A DNA stretch of 64,000 nt from the human T2T-CHM13v2.0 reference genome, Homo sapiens. A model generated the notes under the pieces. That model saw only the letters and a program-made list of their open reading frames with translations, did not search any database and was not told the origin of the DNA. The stretch lies in assembly GCF_009914755.1 (NCBI RefSeq), contig NC_060944.1, one strand, 5' to 3'. Position numbers and translations under genes: made by a program. Within the stretch, counting starts at the first letter, position 1. Each line of letters begins with the position of its first letter. Of the stretch, positions 30,320 to 45,853 are shown one piece after another.

Positions 30320-30810
30320 GAGTACACATCCCTCCCATCCAGTAAGCACGCCCCTTTGCGAGGTAACCCTGAAGCTCCTCCCCTCCAGAGGTGGGTTCTA
30401 TTTCCCCAGCCTTTTGATTCTGGGCTTGATCTTCTGACTTGATTTAACCAATATTATGTAGTAGAAATGCCAGTGTGTGAGTTCCAGAGCTTGAGTCTTA
30501 AGAGGTTTGAAGCTTCTGCTTTCACCTTCTTGGAAACTCCAGACTACCATAGAAGGCAGCTGGTGCAGCCTCCTGGGGAATGAGACATTCTGTGGAGGAG
30601 AGTGGAAGCAACCCCTAGTCAACAACCAGCCAGACATGAGGGAGAGGCTATTAGGGCCTTTTCAGCCCCAGCCAGTCTCCCAACTTTGTGCAGCTACATG
30701 AGTGAGCCTCAGCAAAACCAGCAGAGAAACTGCCCAGCCAACCTTTAGAATCATGAGAAAGAAGAAATCATTGTTTTGTGATTTGTACACAATGACAGAT
30801 AACGAATATA
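30320..30810 (+). mobile_element. MLT1 (H-like) LTR
   Basis: CTCCTCCCCTCCAGAGGTGG..GAAACTGCCCAGCCAACC..AGAATCATGAGA. Confidence 0.7.
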
Positions 30811-31099
30811 CCTTTCTTAGCCTCATGCTCCTCATCTGTGAAATGGGAATAGCAGTCCCCATCTAGTAGAGTTATTTTGCACACTAACCAATTGACTAGA
30901 TGTGAACATACTTGCAAGCTATAAAAAAATTACATGTGTTTATTGTTAATAGGCCTCAATATATTGAGTAAAATATCTGGGCCCCTGGAAAGGTGATCTA
31001 ACAGTATTTTGGCACAGTTAACACAAATAGAGTGCTTAGGCACAGACCAGGCACTGTTCTAAGTTCCGTAATTGTGCTAATTCATTTAACACTCATCAT

Positions 31100-31390
31100 G
31101 GCTGGGAGCGGTTGTTCATACCCGCAATCCCAACACTTTGGGAGGCCAAGGCAGGAGGATCACTTGAGGCCGGGAGTTCAAGACCAGCCTAGGAAACAAA
31201 GCAAGACTCTGCCTCTATGAAAAATAAAATGTGAGCCAGCCATGATGGTAGGCATCTGTAATCTCAGTCTGTCAGGAAGCTGAGTTGGGAGGATCGCTTG
31301 AACCCAGGAGTTCAAGGCTGCAGTGAGCTAAAATAAGCCTGACTGATAAAGCAAGACAATGTCTCTGAAAAAAAAGAAAAAAGAAAAGAA
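31100..31390 (+). mobile_element. AluJ inserted in a MIR
   Basis: Diverged dimer; MIR sequence on both sides (31030-31099, 31400-31540). Confidence 0.88.
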
Positions 31391-31488
31391 ACCCACTTAC
31401 CATAAGCAAGTCTACAAGGTTGGAACCATGTTTTACAGGTGAGGAAACTGAGTCCTAGAGAGGTTAAGAACTTTTCAAATGTCATTCA

Positions 31489-32001
<513 letters not shown>

Positions 32002-32644
32002 TCAGTTGTCTCTGGAAGGTTGGCTGCCTCAGATATTGACTTCTGTCCTTCCTGTGTTCCATTACCTTTCCCTTCTGTTCAACTGGGGATCAGGCTTTGT
32101 GGGCCGTTGTTTCTGGAGACTTTTGTGTCAGGGCTTCCCGGCTTCTATTTCCCAAAGCCATAGTCATTTGCAGAAGACTGAGGTTTTCCTACACTGAGAA
32201 GAAATTTCCCTGAATTGGGTAAAGAGCAGTGAGTTCTGTGGGTTCTGGAGCCCTGAAGCAGGCAGGGCTGGGGGATGCGGTTGTTACTCCCTGTTCTCTG
32301 GCAGGATATATTAGGGCTCATTGCAGGCTGCACCCCACCACCTTGCCCTAGTAACTTTAGTTTCTTGTCTCAGCCACGGTTTCCTGTCCCAGGCACGGAA
32401 GGGGACATCAGAGCTACCGCATCTGAAGGGGCCCTGTGGACTGGGACAATGGGCTTCTCCTGGGTCACCAGTGAGTACCATTGACTGGTACTGCCTAAAA
32501 CTGCAGAACTGAAAATCTTGGTACAGCCCAAAAGTAGGGGCCCAATGAGCCCCAACCATGACAGTGGTTCAGGGCTCAGACTAGTAAGAAGGTAGATTTA
32601 GTAGAGCATTTCCAAATTTCAATTGTTTGCAAACTCCCTGCAAG

Positions 32645-32820
32645 TAGAGTTGCCAGATAAATGCAAAATACCCAGCTGTTCAGCCTGTCTTTTCTCCTGA
32701 CCACCCCCACCTTTCCAGTATTTTGGACATTCTTATACTAAACAATTATTTGTTGTTTATCTACAATTCAGATTTAACAGGGTGTCTTGTATTTTTTATT
32801 TGCTAAGTCTGGCAGCCCTA
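32645..32820. mobile_element. MER53
   Basis: TAGAGTTGCCAGATAAA...TTTATTTGCTAAGTCTGGCAGCCCTA terminal inverted repeats. Confidence 0.75.
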
Positions 32821-33268
32821 GCTTCAAGATTTTTACCATAACCACACACTACCTCATATACTTGAGACTTTATGAGAACAAACCAACTGTTCTAACATTT
32901 AGTTCATATTTTCTTTAAATCCATATGACTTTTTCATTTAGGTAAAGTTATTTTTAAGGAAATTTGATTCCACTAATAAAAATGGAAAACTGGTATTAAT
33001 TGCCTTAAACAGAAGTAACCGTAAAAATGATATTTGATGAGAGCCAAGCAATGTTTTGAAGCTCTAGCTGTGTTCTTTTGTCTCCCTGAGGCCCACCCTC
33101 TCTCTTACAAAAAGATGGGGGTGTTAGAGAGATGCTAAAGAGAGGCTAGCAGTCTAGGGAGACTTTTTCTTTGAAGGACTGAAGGAGGATGGAAGGGGAA
33201 AGAATTTCTGTCCATGTGAGTCAATGCTATACAACCTCAGGTCCATGTACTGCTCTCACCTAAAATCT

Positions 33269-33373
33269 TTTTTACTTTTTGTTTTTTAATTTTTAATATA
33301 GAAACAGGGTCTTGCTGTCCTGCCCAGGCTGGTCTTGAACTCCTGGACTTAAGTGATCCTCCTACCTTGGCCT
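33269..33373 (-). mobile_element. Alu left monomer (FLAM-like), 5'-truncated
   Basis: Flanked by CTAAAATC direct repeat. Confidence 0.75.
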
Positions 33374-34119
33374 CTAAAATCATTTTAGCATCCTATGCTT
33401 TAGGACACCCTGATTTACAGAACATTAAGGAATGTGGAATTTGTTGCTCACCTCAGTTTCCGACTGGAGATTGGTATCAAAGTTCAAAATTGATAAAAAG
33501 AAATATCTGCACCAGACTTTGCTCTGGGCATCTTACCCACATGACCCTACTTATTTCTCCTGACAAACTAAGCAAAAAAGTCCTACCATTTCCCCCACCC
33601 TTTTTTTTTTAATGCAGCAATAGAGACATCACTTCCCATCAGGAACGCAATCTGTGTTCTCAAGAACTTCGCTTATGTTGATCTCTCTGTACATACCTAC
33701 AACTCCTCCCAAGCTCCAGAGATACAGGTTAAGAAGGAAGCATCCAAAAAACCCTTTGGGGCCGTCTTGCCCATCTGTCCTCCTGAACCTTCATGCTGCA
33801 GCCCTGCTCCCAGGTTATACTTGGGAAACTCAAATAACCTAATTTCAAGGCAATAAAAGTTTCCAAATTTCCCAGAGGACAGAAGATTTTGCCCTGAGTG
33901 TTTCCCACAATTTGTAATAACTTTTCCTTTGAATCGCCCCGAATTCTTCTCTGTCCTAACAAGTTAGTAAGATCTGGCTTGAAGTGCTGGTCCATGTTCT
34001 GCCTTTTGATCTGCCTTCTGCTTAGAAGGATGTGTTACCTGAAAGACAATTTATTAAGCTGTACCCTTATGATCTGGGTACCATTCTGTATATTTCAACA
34101 AAGAGTTTTAAAAATTAGA

Positions 34120-34631
34120 AAATATAACTCTTGGGTTTATACCTAAAAGGGTTGAAAGGAAAGATTCCAGCAGATATTGGTATACCCATGTTACTACAGC
34201 ATTACTTACAAGAGCCAAAAGATGGAAACAACCAAAAGGGCTATGGACCACTGAATGGATGTTTAAAATGCAGTACACACAGACACTAGAATATTCTTGA
34301 GCCTTACTAAGGAACCAAATTCTGGTACATGCTACATTATAGCTGAAACTTGAAGATATTCTGTTAAGCCAGACACAAAAAGACAAATATTGTGTGATTG
34401 CACTTACATGAGGTACATAGAATAGTCAAATTCATAGAGACAGAAAGTAGGGTGGCAGTTACCAGGGGCTGGGGAAGAGGAAAATGAGGAGTTATTACTT
34501 AATAATTATGGAGTTTCAGTTTGGGAAGATGAAAAAGTTCTGAAGATGGATAGTAGTGATGGCTGTACAACAATGTGGGTATACTTAATACTGCTGAATT
34601 CTACATCGAAAAATTATTAAAATGGCAATTA

Positions 34632-34669
<38 letters not shown>

Positions 34670-34990
34670 CTGATACAGAGTCTTGTTCTGTCATCCAGTC
34701 TAGAGTGATCTCAATCTCGAAGTGGCACGATCTCAGCTACTGCAACCTCCCTCTCCCAGGTTCAAGCAATTCTCTCACCTCAGCCTCCTGAGTAGCTGGG
34801 ATTACAGGCATGCGCCACAAAGCCGGGTTAATTTTTGTATTTTTAGTAGAGATTGGGTTTCACCATGTTGGCCAGGCTGGTCTCGAACTCCTGGCTTCAA
34901 GTGATCTGCCCACCTCGGCTTCCCAAAATGCTGGGATTACAGGCGTAAGCCACCACACCTGGCCTATTATGTATATTTTACCATAATAAA
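34120..34990 (+). mobile_element. L1MB 3' end interrupted by an Alu
   Basis: AGTCAAATTCATAGAGACAGAAAGTAG..GTTTCAGTTTGGGAAGATGAAAAAGTTCTG. Confidence 0.8.
34654..34964 (-). mobile_element. AluS with (TA)n next to its tail
   Basis: Antisense dimer. Confidence 0.92.
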
Positions 34991-35351
34991 AAATTCTAAA
35001 AACAACAACAACACAAAAAAGAGCTGGCTGATCTCTCAGAAGGGCTGGGTTTCAGTGTCTGGTAAACACCATTCAAAACAGAGATGTTCTGATTTTGATC
35101 GCGGTTTTTAAAATATTCAATCAATTAACTTTTTAATTTAGAGTTTATTAGTAGAACTACTTTAGAACAACTCCCCATCCTTCAGAAAAAAAAAGTACAT
35201 CTTTAATCTATTTGCTTAAACATATACATATTTCTTTCTAGTCTTGTTTAACCATTAGCAGTGTTATGTTATTGTTATGGGGGTAGAGGGATACGATATA
35301 CTTACAGTTTTGGAGTTTGCTTTTTTACGCTTCACAAAATATTGCATGTAC

Positions 35352-35555
35352 CAAGGGTCAGCAAACTTTTCCTGTGGAGGGCCAAATAGGAAATATTTGA
35401 GGCTTTGCAGGCTGTATGGTTTCTGTGGCACTGCTTGTCTGTCACTGTAGCACAACAGCATCCAGAGATGGTACATTAATGAATGGGTATGGCTGTGGAC
35501 AAAGGAAAATTCTTACAAAAACAGGTGGCCCAGGGTCACAGTTTGCAGGCCTCTG
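35352..35555 (-). mobile_element. MER58A
   Basis: AGGGTCAGCAAACTTTTCCTGT..GGCCAAATAGGAAATATTTGAGGCTTTGCAGGC. Confidence 0.75.
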
Positions 35556-36325
35556 GTATCCTATACCCATATGCAATATAGCTCTGTGATGAGGGGCTGA
35601 GGGCTTAGTATCAGGGGAGCCTGGGTTCCAATTTTGGACATTCCAGCCCTAGTTGTAGGGTCTATTTGTGCAAATTGTAGAACATCTTTCTGCCTCAGTT
35701 CCCTCATCTGTATAATAGGACTAATAATAACCAGATCCCAGTGTTGGGATTAGATGAGCTAAGGTGTGTAAAAAACACGGCCAGATCCTGTGCATGGCAG
35801 AATCTGTAAAAACAGTGGATGCTACGTTACTTGCTATCATGAGCCAAGTTTCTTGTTTGTCTTTCATCCTTCTGTGTGTTAGTCCATTGAGTAAATACAC
35901 TTTAATCTGCTTCATTATTTCTCCCAGACTGTCTACTTTAAATCATTCAACACCCTTGAAGCACCGAGGATGAAGAAAAGAAGCTGATTTTCATTTTTGG
36001 ACTGTCTGAGTAAATGTGTTTGGGGAGGGGAGGGTGTTTAAAGACATAATCAACAGTGAAATACTTGCTTGGGAAGAATTTTTCTCCCCTCCCCCAACCA
36101 AGAAGGCTACTCAAAGATATGAATGTATTTCAGAATTCTTTGAGAGCTGGGCTGGATTAGGTAGGCTCTTCACTGAAGGTAAGAGAAACTTAAAATTGCA
36201 ATGGGGCACCTCTAAACAAAACAAAGGGATTTGTTACAGGGAAGTCAAGGGTGTTTTATGGAATGTAAAATCCAAAAATGCAGCCCAGCCTCAGCAGGTA
36301 CAGGATAATGAATGAAAAGTGATTG

Positions 36326-36577
<252 letters not shown>

Positions 36578-36664
36578 TCAAGGTTCCACTGGGCCAAGAC
36601 AATGGTATCTCTCATTTTCGTACAACAGAGTCTCTCCCGTCTGCAATTCCCTGCAGAAACAGGT

Positions 36665-37065
36665 TGATATAGTTTGGCTATTTGTCCCTGCCCAAATCTC
36701 ATGTTGAATTTTAATCCCCAATGTTGGAGGTAGGGCCTAGTAGGAGGCATTTGGGCCTTGGGGGTGGATTTCTCATGGCTTGGTACTGTCTTCGTGAGAG
36801 TGAGTTCTCATGGGATCTGGTCATTTAAAAGTGTCCTGTACCTCCCCCCAACTCTTTCTCTGGCTCCTTTGTTTACCATGTGACATGCCTTCTTCCCTTT
36901 TGCCTTCTGTTATGATTGGAGGCTTCCTGAGGCCTCCTCAGAAGATGATGCTGCTACGCTTCCTGTACAGACTGCAGAACTGCGCGTCAGTTAAACCTCT
37001 TTTTTGCGTGTGAATTGCCCAGTATCAGATACTTCTTTGTAGCAATGCAAGAACTGTCTAATACA
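36665..37065 (+). mobile_element. MST (MSTA/B-like) MaLR solo LTR
   Basis: TGATATAGTTTGG...CTAATACA termini; 5-bp TSD CAGGT. Confidence 0.88.
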
Positions 37066-37567
37066 CAGGTACATTTTAATTTCACCCTTTAAATCTTGTT
37101 CTATGTGCAGCTTCCTTCCTTGGATCCCCGCCTTGAGACTTATTGTCACATGGTGGTGGCAATCACTCACCTGACTGAGACGAGGAAAGAAAAGCAGGCA
37201 TGTGTTTGTGTCTTAACTTCCCACCTTGGCTATTGGCCAGGAGATAGGGGTTTTGGCCAGGAGATGCGGCGATTGCATCAGACAGAGGCGGGGGAGCCCG
37301 AGGAAAGAGGAGTTCTCCACACCCTGATCACCACCGAAGGCTCTGGATCCTTCTCTCTGGCTGATTTGACCACACCCAGGAGCAGTGACATGGAAGTGAA
37401 CTTGGAGAGGCAAGTTGATGAGACCGAGCGTGGCCTTGGTTTCCTGCTTTCCCCTGCTATTCCTGGTTCCTGTGCTGTAAGGATGCCACCTGACAGTTCC
37501 CATGGCTTCAGAAGGTGGGACTCAGAAGGTGGCTAAATTGAAATCTAGTACTCTCTAGCATGGGGCC

Positions 37568-38279
<712 letters not shown>

Positions 38280-38700
38280 GGGCCTGTGGTGGTGAGGGCA
38301 GCATGACCCTTTGCAGAACCTGTGGTGGAAGATAGACTGCCCAGGCCAGAGGCTGGTGGAGGGTGTGGCAGCCACTTGGGGGAAGAGGGTTGGCTCAAAG
38401 AGTCCCAAAGCTAAGGAGAGAGGGAGCCAGTGGTCAAGTTCTGGCTGAGCTGAAGAGCAGAAGTCCAGTTAGCCATCAGCTTCCACCACAGAAGTGAGCA
38501 GCAACTTGAGGATCCATGATAGCAGGACAAGCTGCAGGTGCAAAGACATCTTGCCTTCAGGCCACCCAGGTCACCCGAGCTCAACCACCCCCAAACCCAC
38601 GGAGGTCATTTTGGCGGAGCGGACACAGAAATAGGAGACCCAATTGACCCACAGGCTGAGCATCACCTGGAAGAACTATTTGAATCACTAGATTAGACTC

Positions 38701-38990
38701 TTTTTTTTTTTTAGACGGAGTCTCGCTCTGTCACCCAGGCTGGAGTGCAGTGGCACAATCTCAGCTCACTGCAAGCCACCTCCCGGGTTCACACCATTCT
38801 CCTGCCTCAGCCTCCCGAGTAGCTGGGACTACAGGCGCCCGCCACCACGGCCGGCTAATGTTTTGTATTTTTAGTAGAGCTGGGGTTTCACCGTATTAGC
38901 CAGGCTGGTCTCAATCTCCTGACCTCGTGATTCACCCACCTCGGCCTCCCAAAATGCTGGGATTACAGGCGTGAGCCTCCGCACCCGGCC
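38701..38990 (-). mobile_element. AluY-like
   Basis: Antisense; GGGTTCACACCATTCTCC; CpG-rich. Confidence 0.92.
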
Positions 38991-39043
38991 AGACTCATTT
39001 TTAAAGATAGTTTTTAAAAAAAATTCTTTAACGTAATAGTGAA

Positions 39044-39360
39044 AGGGTCAGTACGTTTTTCCATAAAGGGCCAAACTGTCAATGTTATATGTTTTCCAGA
39101 CTATAGGGTTTCTGTTGTGAAAACTCAGTTGTGCTGCTATGGTGCAAACACAGCCACAGACATTTGTAAACAAATGTGTATGTTCTAATAAGACTTTATT
39201 GGCAGTGAAATTTGAATTTCGTATTATGTTTATGCATCATGAAATGTCTTTTTATTTTTTTCAACCATTTCAAAATGTAAAAACCATTGTTAGCTCGTGG
39301 GTTGTACAAACATGGGCTACAGGCTGGATTTGGCCAATGAACTGCAGTTTGCTGGCCCCT
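39044..39360. mobile_element. MER58B-like
   Basis: GGGTCAG..TTTTTCCATAAAGGGCCA..AAATTTGAATTTCGTAT..GGCTGGATTTGGCC. Confidence 0.7.
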
Positions 39361-40159
39361 AAAATATTTGATTCATATAAAAATTATGTCAGATATGTTA
39401 TAAATCACAATAATAAATCAAAAACCTGTGAACCCAGCACCCAACTTAAACTCCCAAATATTAATACCACTGACTCCATCCTCTCTCTCCCATCACTCTG
39501 CCTCCCCCACCACCCTGCCCCAAGGGGACCATGATTCTCAATTTTGTGCTTTCAGTTCAGCTTTTTCTTTTATAGTTTTGTCAAATACATATGCATCCCT
39601 AAGCAATATTCGGTAAAATTTTGCTTCTGTGGGGGCTTTGTAAAAATGATATCATATTGTACACAGTTTAAAGAGACAGGTGCTTTTTAAACTCAGCATC
39701 ATATTTCTAAGATTTTTCCATGTTGTTTCATGCAGCTGTGGTTCATTAATTCTCACTAGACAAAGTTTTTGAGGTGAGTCCACAGGTACGCTGCCTCTGA
39801 GGGTACTGCTGATGGGAACAAGCTTTCTGAACAGGATTGGAAGCCACACGCCACTCCCCCAGCACCACCCGCCCTGCCTTGCCACCACTGCTGGTGCTGT
39901 TGATGGTGCCGCTGTCATACTGACAGAAGCATCGCCAGGAGCTGGAGAAATGGCTTCTCCTTTCTTGCACCTTCCATTATCCCACTAATGTCTCCCATTG
40001 GTAGAACCTACCAAATGTCAGTGCACAGGTATCTGGGAAATGTGGTTAGCAGCTTTCCAAAAGCCCTAGCAGTAAAGAAGAGTTGAGTGTGGGTAAGTAG
40101 AGCTGAGAGCCAACCTACATTATCCAGCTCACTCACTGATGTCATTCCCAGGAATTCTT

Positions 40160-40452
40160 TTTTTTTTTTTTCGAGACGGAGTCTCGCTCTGTCGCCTGGG
40201 CTGGAGTGCAGTGGCGCAATCTTGGCTCACTGCAAGCTCCGCCTTCCGGGTTCACGCCATTCTCCTGCCTCAGCCTCCTGAGTAGCTGGGACTACAGGTG
40301 CCCGCCACCACGCCCGGCTAATTTTTTCTATTTTTAGTAGAGATGGGGTTTCACCGTGTTAGCCAGGATGGTCTTGACCCCTGACCTCATGATCCGCCCG
40401 CCTCAGCCTCCTAAAGTGCTGGGATTACGGGCGTGATCCACGGCACCTGGCC
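40160..40452 (-). mobile_element. AluY
   Basis: Antisense; TSD ATTCCCAGGAATTCTT. Confidence 0.95.
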
Positions 40453-41419
40453 ATTCCCAGGAATTCTTGAAGGCTGTTGTTTATTTCATGCTTAGGGAAC
40501 ATTGCAACTCTTTGATTGGAAGAGTTATGTCGCTGAATGCCATGAAATAGCATGAACATTAAGTGGAAACAGTAGGGAAAGGTGGCTATATGCCTCTTTG
40601 TCTTTCCTAATACAGAAAATGAAAGGAGCAAATCCTGGCTCTTCCCTCATTGGGCCATGGAGAAATGGTGGGGCTGATTGGAAGGTTACAGCTGTGAAGT
40701 CTCCAGTTTTTCACTTTGAAAGAACATAGCCCTGTCTGCCAGCAAATGTTTACCAAGCACTTAGATATCTGATGCAGAGAAAACAGTAATGCTTGAAAAG
40801 TCAAAGATCTGGTCCATACCTTCAAGGAGATTACAATCTAATTGAAGAGATAAGATATTCACTCATGGAACAAACAGAGAACAAGGAATTCAGTGGTAAT
40901 AGACACCAAAGATGGTGAGCATGTGGCACACATACCATAACTCTCCATTCCCAGACCCATAGCAGGCATTACTAATCAATCAGATCTTTTTTCTTTCTTG
41001 ATGAATCTGGATTCAATCACAGAATTCTTTAACACAGTGATTCAGACATTTACTCTTAATTTCTCAAAATTGATAGATGTAGCCCACTATATATAGGTTC
41101 AGTAATTTTCGTTAACTAATTGGTCTAATCAATGAAAATTACTAACAGCCTACTATGCACCATTCGCAGACATAGGCACAGTGGTAATTACCACAGGAAG
41201 ACTTGTGCTTGTGGCTCAGAGTGTAGGCAGAGAATCAAAGAAGCAAACAGAAAATGACAGTGCAGTGGTTTAAGTGCTAATATGTGGAAAACAGAGGGTT
41301 CTGTGAATGCACAGAGGAGGGACCCAACCCAGATTTGGGAATCAGGGAGGACTCTAGGCTGATACCTGAAGGATAAACAAAAGTTAACGAAATAAAAGGG
41401 AAAGTGTATTCTTCAGGAA

Positions 41420-41830
41420 GCGTTCAGTTGCAATTGACAGAAACCTAGCTCAAGTTGCTTTAAACAAACAGAGAAATACACATGTGTTCATGTAACTGAA
41501 ATACATTGGCTCACGTAACTGGAAAGTCCCAGAGTTGTTTGCTTCAGGAATGGCTGGATCTAGGCGCTTGAGTGATGTCATTAGGAATCCATCTCTATCT
41601 CTTGAGTCTGCATGCCTCTCTGCAGCTTCATTTCAATCAGGGTACACATTCATGGTGGCAAAGACATTCATGGTGGCAAAGACATTCCTGTGCAGTTCCA
41701 GGCTGACATCCTGTCTGCTTAAAACCTCCATAGAAAGGCACCTCACAATAGTGCCAGCAAAAGTCCTGAGGTTGACTCTGCTTTGCCCAGGCTTGATTCT
41801 GTTCGACCCCATAGCTTGGTCATACCCACC
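41420..41830 (-). mobile_element. MLT1 (K/L-like) LTR remnant
   Basis: GTTGCAATTGACAGAAACC..TTGGCTCACGTAACTGGAAAGTCC..GCTTCAGGAATGGCTGGATCTAGG. Confidence 0.65.
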
Positions 41831-43526
41831 CACAGTATGCGGATAGAGCAGACTCCCAAGGAGACTGAGGTGCTTTTACCAGGAAAAGAGGGAACTATGC
41901 CAGGCCAGGAAAAGGGAGATGAAAAAACTTGATCTCTGCTTGGAAGAAGGAAGCAAAGGAGGGTACCAGGCAGAGAAGCTGTGATGCATCCGAGGAGAAG
42001 TTCAGGATGCGATGTGCAGCATCTGAGTGTGGAGTAGAGGGATGAATCTGGAAGGCGGCAGGAGGCAGGTCAGATGAGGCCTCTTAACCACGTTAGGGAT
42101 CAGCCTTTATCCCAAGCACAGTGAGAAGCCATTTCAGGGCTTTAAGAAGGAGACTGAAGATTCTAAATCGCCCTCACTTTTGATGAGTTAACAGCATTAT
42201 GGGAAGTGGGGAGAGAAGGAAGAGGCATTAATTTTCAAGATCAGTCCTTAAAGTAACCCCGTCAAAGCAAACCATGTAATTTAGCAAATCACAGTTTCCA
42301 TTGAAACTTGTTCAGGTAATACGTGCTCCTCCAATTAGTATAACAGCCCAGAGATGCTTTTCCAGGACAAGATGGCCTTTGGGTCATCATGTTCTTTGCT
42401 GCAATTCACTCAAGTGATTTCATTCCTTAGTTGAAAGAAGTGGCTGCTTGTACCAAGGGTCACTGAACACCAGTGGCTACAATTTTTTGAAATAGGCTTC
42501 TTGTAGCACCTACTGACCAACAGCCTCAAGCCTGAGGCTTTGAGAGAATGAGCAGAGTTAACCCTTCAGCAGCCTCAGCCCTCACCCAGCAGGAAGGCCA
42601 CAGCTGTCCTCCAGTGCAGGACAAATCCTGCCCTGGAAAAAAACCATACAGGGCAAGCCTCAGTTCCGCTCATAAATCAATGTCTGCAAGTCTGTTTCTA
42701 CGTGTAGTTAAGTTACACGGAAAAGTACAACTGGATTTGTCCCCGGTTTTCCCATTAGGGATAATATAAAGTGGAGGCGGAAGTTAATTGAGTTCAGAGT
42801 TCGCCGTGTGATGTCAGGGAAGCGGGGCTCTGGCAAGCAGGTCGTGTGTAACATGTGTTCTGAGGGTAGTGTTTTCACACAACCTCCCTGGGGGAGAAAA
42901 GCGTTCTTTCACCAGGAGTGCGATCTTCAGAAAACAGGCTTCTGGGGTTCCAAAGGGGCTTTCACCTACATTACAGGATAAAGGTCTCATTTTCCTTACA
43001 GAGACGTTCGTGCAATGAGCATGCCTGTGATATTCAAGAAAGGGTAATAAAAACCCCTGCCTTTCAACAAGAGTCATAAAGGTCGGTGGTTCAGAATAGA
43101 GACCCTGGAGCCAGACTGCCAGATCAGTCAGTCACAAGTAGGGAGACAGGGCAAGGATCACTTCACTCTCTGGGCCTCGATTTTCTAATCTGTGAAATGG
43201 AGCATTCAATTAGAGCCTCTACCTCATAAATTCACTGTGAGGATTAAATACGTTAATATATATCAAGTGCTATAAACAGTGCCTGGCTTTCAGAAATTAC
43301 CACCTATGGTAGGGCGTGGCACTTAGTTCTTTACAGGCATTATTTCATTGCATAATTTAAAAAATAAAGAAAAATGTTGTGAGTTGGCGAAGATTGATTT
43401 ACCATAAGGCTGCTGAAATTTAAGTGTCAGGGTCTTCACTTTCACTGCCTCTTCCAAAGCTCTGGAAGGGCCCCAGAAATAAGCTCACAAAGGCATGTAC
43501 TGTAATAATTGCAAAAGTACGGTCTA

Positions 43527-43872
<346 letters not shown>

Positions 43873-45171
43873 TAAGCCTCAGCCCCCACAAAAAATGGAT
43901 TCTCTCTGGGAAGAAGGGCTTCTTATTTCCATCTTGAAGATGAGAAAACAGGCTCAGAGAGGCCCAAAGTCACATAGCTAGAGAGGAGTGGAGCCGGGAC
44001 TCCAGCCCGAGTCTGTCTGTCTGGCATCCACTGCACTCCTCTGCCAGCCTTGAGGTGGGGACAAACTGAGCCACAGGTCTCAGCAGCTGGGGCTTGTCTG
44101 GCCAGTTGGCCATCACAAAGCGTGGCTTCCAGGAGGCACAAATATAAACATTTTTCTGAATGAATGAATGAATGAATGATTTTCTACCATCTCCTCCCAT
44201 ATCCAATTCAAGAATTCCGGAACTTCTTTCCCCTATTGCATGCATCTTAGGGACCACAGGGGGTTGTTACTGAGGTGTGACCTTCCTCTGGGCTGGGAGA
44301 GGACATGGGAGTGACCCAAGCTAGGATGACCTGGGGCTTCCTCTGTGGAATTTGAGCTCAGAGTGACCAAAAGACTGAAACACAGGTGAGCTCATTCCTT
44401 GGTGCTGCCTGTTTCTCTCCCTGGCTCTACAGCCTTCCTGACAATTCCGTGAGTCCTGATGTCCTACAAAGTCTCCTTTTCTGGAGATGGCCAAGAGTGG
44501 GGTTCCATGCCCACAATCAAAACTGCAATCAAATGACATGTGGCTCTCCCTGAGGCTTCATCGCTCACTCTGGCCACACATCTGTAAAAGTGATGAGTCA
44601 GCTGTTCAGGGGCACGTGGGTGAAAGGGATCTTAAGCATTCTTTAGCTCAGGCACCATTTGAGGACTCTTTCTCTCAACATACCCCAACCAAATGGTCAC
44701 CCAGCTTCTGTTTAAAACCTTTCAAGGGGGTTCATTTCAGCTTTGAATAATTCTCTTAGAATGTCTCCTATTAGACATTCCTCCTATTAGATGAAAATCC
44801 GTATTCCTCCCTCTCACTGTCCTTTTTCTTCCTTCATTTCTTCCTTCCACCTTTCTTCCAAGTTTTCTTCCCTCTCTCCTCTCACTTCAGGAAGATTTCA
44901 CTTGTCTACCCACCAGAGGCCAGGCACATCCTGTGCCAGGCCATGCAACTACTAGGATAGATGTTACAAAGTCTTTGTTTTAAACACACCTCTCCCTGAT
45001 GATGCAGCGATTTTGTTTCTAAATATTTACCCAAAAGAAATGAAAACATACATCCACCCAAAGACTTGCCCATGAAATGTTCATAGCAGCATGATTCATA
45101 GTAGTCAAAAAGTAGAACAAGCCCGATGTCCATCACCTAGTCAATGGACAAGCTCACCCTCACTGTGGCAA

Positions 45172-45853
45172 AGGAGTCCCATCTGATCCCTGGGGGATAC
45201 ATTCCAAGACCCTCAGCAGATGCCTGAAACCTCAGTCAGTCCTGAACCCTATATACACTGTGTTTTCCTATACACACCTATGATAAAGTTTAATTTATAA
45301 ATTAGGCACAGTAAGATAACAATAATGGATAATAAAATAGAACAATTATAATAATATAATGTTCACCATTTCACATATCGAAGATCCATCCTTATCATAG
45401 ATCTTAGCAATCTCGGCACACGATTTTTTTTCCTTTTCTTCCTAAGTCAAGAACTTTCACATTTTTACTTAAAGGAAGCACTTTCTGGCTTCTCTTCTGC
45501 CTATCTGAATTGTTGTCATCACTACTACCCCTTATGCTTTGGGGCCATCACGAAGTAAAATAAGGGTTCTTTGAAAATAAGCACGGCATTACTGCGACAG
45601 TAGATCTGATAACCAACACAGCTGCTAAGTGACTAATGGGCAGGTAGTGTCTACAGCGTGGACACGTTGGACAAAGGGATGATTCGCAACCTGGACGGGA
45701 AGGAGCAGGGCGGCGTGAGATTTCTATCACACTACACAGAGCAACGTGCAATTTAAAACTTAGAAACTGTTTATTTCTGGGATTTTCCATTTAGTATTTT
45801 TGGACCTCAGTTGACGTCGGGTAACTGAGACTGCAGATAAAGGGGGACAGCTG
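45172..45853. mobile_element. MER44/Tigger7-type DNA transposon inserted in an L1M
   Basis: GGGGGATACATTCCAAGACCCTCAG..GATGCCTGAAACC; end GGGTAACTGAGACTGCAGATAAAGGGGGACAGCTG|TA. Confidence 0.8.
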
